64,000 bases of DNA from Actinomycetes bacterium (GTDB lineage: Bacteria > Actinomycetota > Nitriliruptoria > Nitriliruptorales > Nitriliruptoraceae), in the NCBI GenBank assembly GCA_046566145.1, contig JBKHXF010000032.1:78036-142035 (forward strand). The letters are read 5' to 3'. The notes beneath the pieces are model-generated. The model had not been told where the DNA came from. It made no database searches and saw only the letters and a list, made by a program, of their open reading frames with translations. Shown here piece by piece: positions 63,588-64,000 of this stretch (positions are counted from its first letter, which is position 1; every line of letters starts with the position of its first letter). Position numbers and translations under genes: made by a program.

Positions 63588-64000
63588 CGGCCGTCCACCA
63601 GCACGCGGGTCAGCTCCTGCTCGAGCTCCGGCGTCGTCAGCGCGACCACCTCGTCGCCCGGCAGCACCTCGGTCTCCCCGCGGGGGATCACGGTCTCCTC
63701 GCCCCGGAACAGCGCGACGAGCACCGCCTCGTAGGGCAGGCGCAGGTCGACGATGCGCCGTGGCGGGGGCGCGTGCGGGGACGAGGCGTCGGGGATGCGC
63801 ACCTCGACCAGCGACACCCGGCCGCCCTTGAGCGAGTGCAGGTGGATGAGCTCGCCGACGGTGAACTCGTTCTCGAGCAGCTCCGAGATGAGCCGCGTCG
63901 AGGACACGGCCTCGATGCCGAGCGTCTCGAAGATCTCGACGTTCTTCGGGGTGTTGACGCGGCTGATGGCGCGCTTCACGCCGAACTCGATCTTGGCGAG
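63584..64000 (-). CDS. trkA: TrkA potassium-uptake regulatory subunit, C-terminal RCK_C part (5' end outside the window)
   Basis: RCK C-terminal domain pattern (VEVRIP......IVDLRLP....LVALFRGEETVIPRGETEVLPGDEVVAL). The frame is open to the window edge. Confidence 0.8.
   Translation of the reverse strand, partial: LAKIEFGVKRAISRVNTPKNVEIFETLGIEAVSSTRLISELLENEFTVGELIHLHSLKGGRVSLVEVRIPDASSPHAPPPRRIVDLRLPYEAVLVALFRGEETVIPRGETEVLPGDEVVALTTPELEQELTRVLVDGR

Overview
A 64-kb stretch of a high-GC (roughly 70%+) Actinomycetota chromosome. It is densely packed with about 62 protein-coding genes. I found no rRNA, tRNA, CRISPR array, transposase or integrase. Product calls rest on motifs recognised by eye in the supplied translations; no database search was run.

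The content is mostly core metabolism and regulation:
- pcrA (3' end), sucCD, glnB-glnD, ino1, fumC, ilvA, greA, an Rv1086-like Z-prenyl diphosphate synthase, phoH2, glpX and nth.
- A complete phosphate locus: pstB, pstSCA, phoU, and a regX3/senX3-like two-component pair.
- Acyl-CoA genes: a thiolase, an acyl-CoA dehydrogenase, an enoyl-CoA hydratase, a MeaA/Ecm-like B12 mutase, an orphan IcmB-like B12 subunit, and a fused AccD-AccA carboxyltransferase.
- A trk potassium-uptake operon at the 3' edge.

Many long ORFs in the supplied track are antisense or read-through artefacts of the GC bias and were not called.

I see no clear defence island or mobile element. The items most worth a second look are:
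1. The trk operon. It has two trkH paralogues interleaved with two uncharacterised, translationally coupled membrane ORFs.
2. An AbiEi/DUF559 gene bracketed by two homologous ~55-nt palindromic elements.
3. Two intergenic arrays with the same layout: two direct repeats followed by two inverted repeats.
4. A SARP regulator paired with a tryptophanase-family lyase.
5. glnB-glnD lacking amtB, preceded by a textbook GlnR box and a FIST-domain gene.
6. PHO boxes at pstS and in the phoH2 leader.
7. A TAG[GC]CT -10-like hexamer that I found only upstream of genes.
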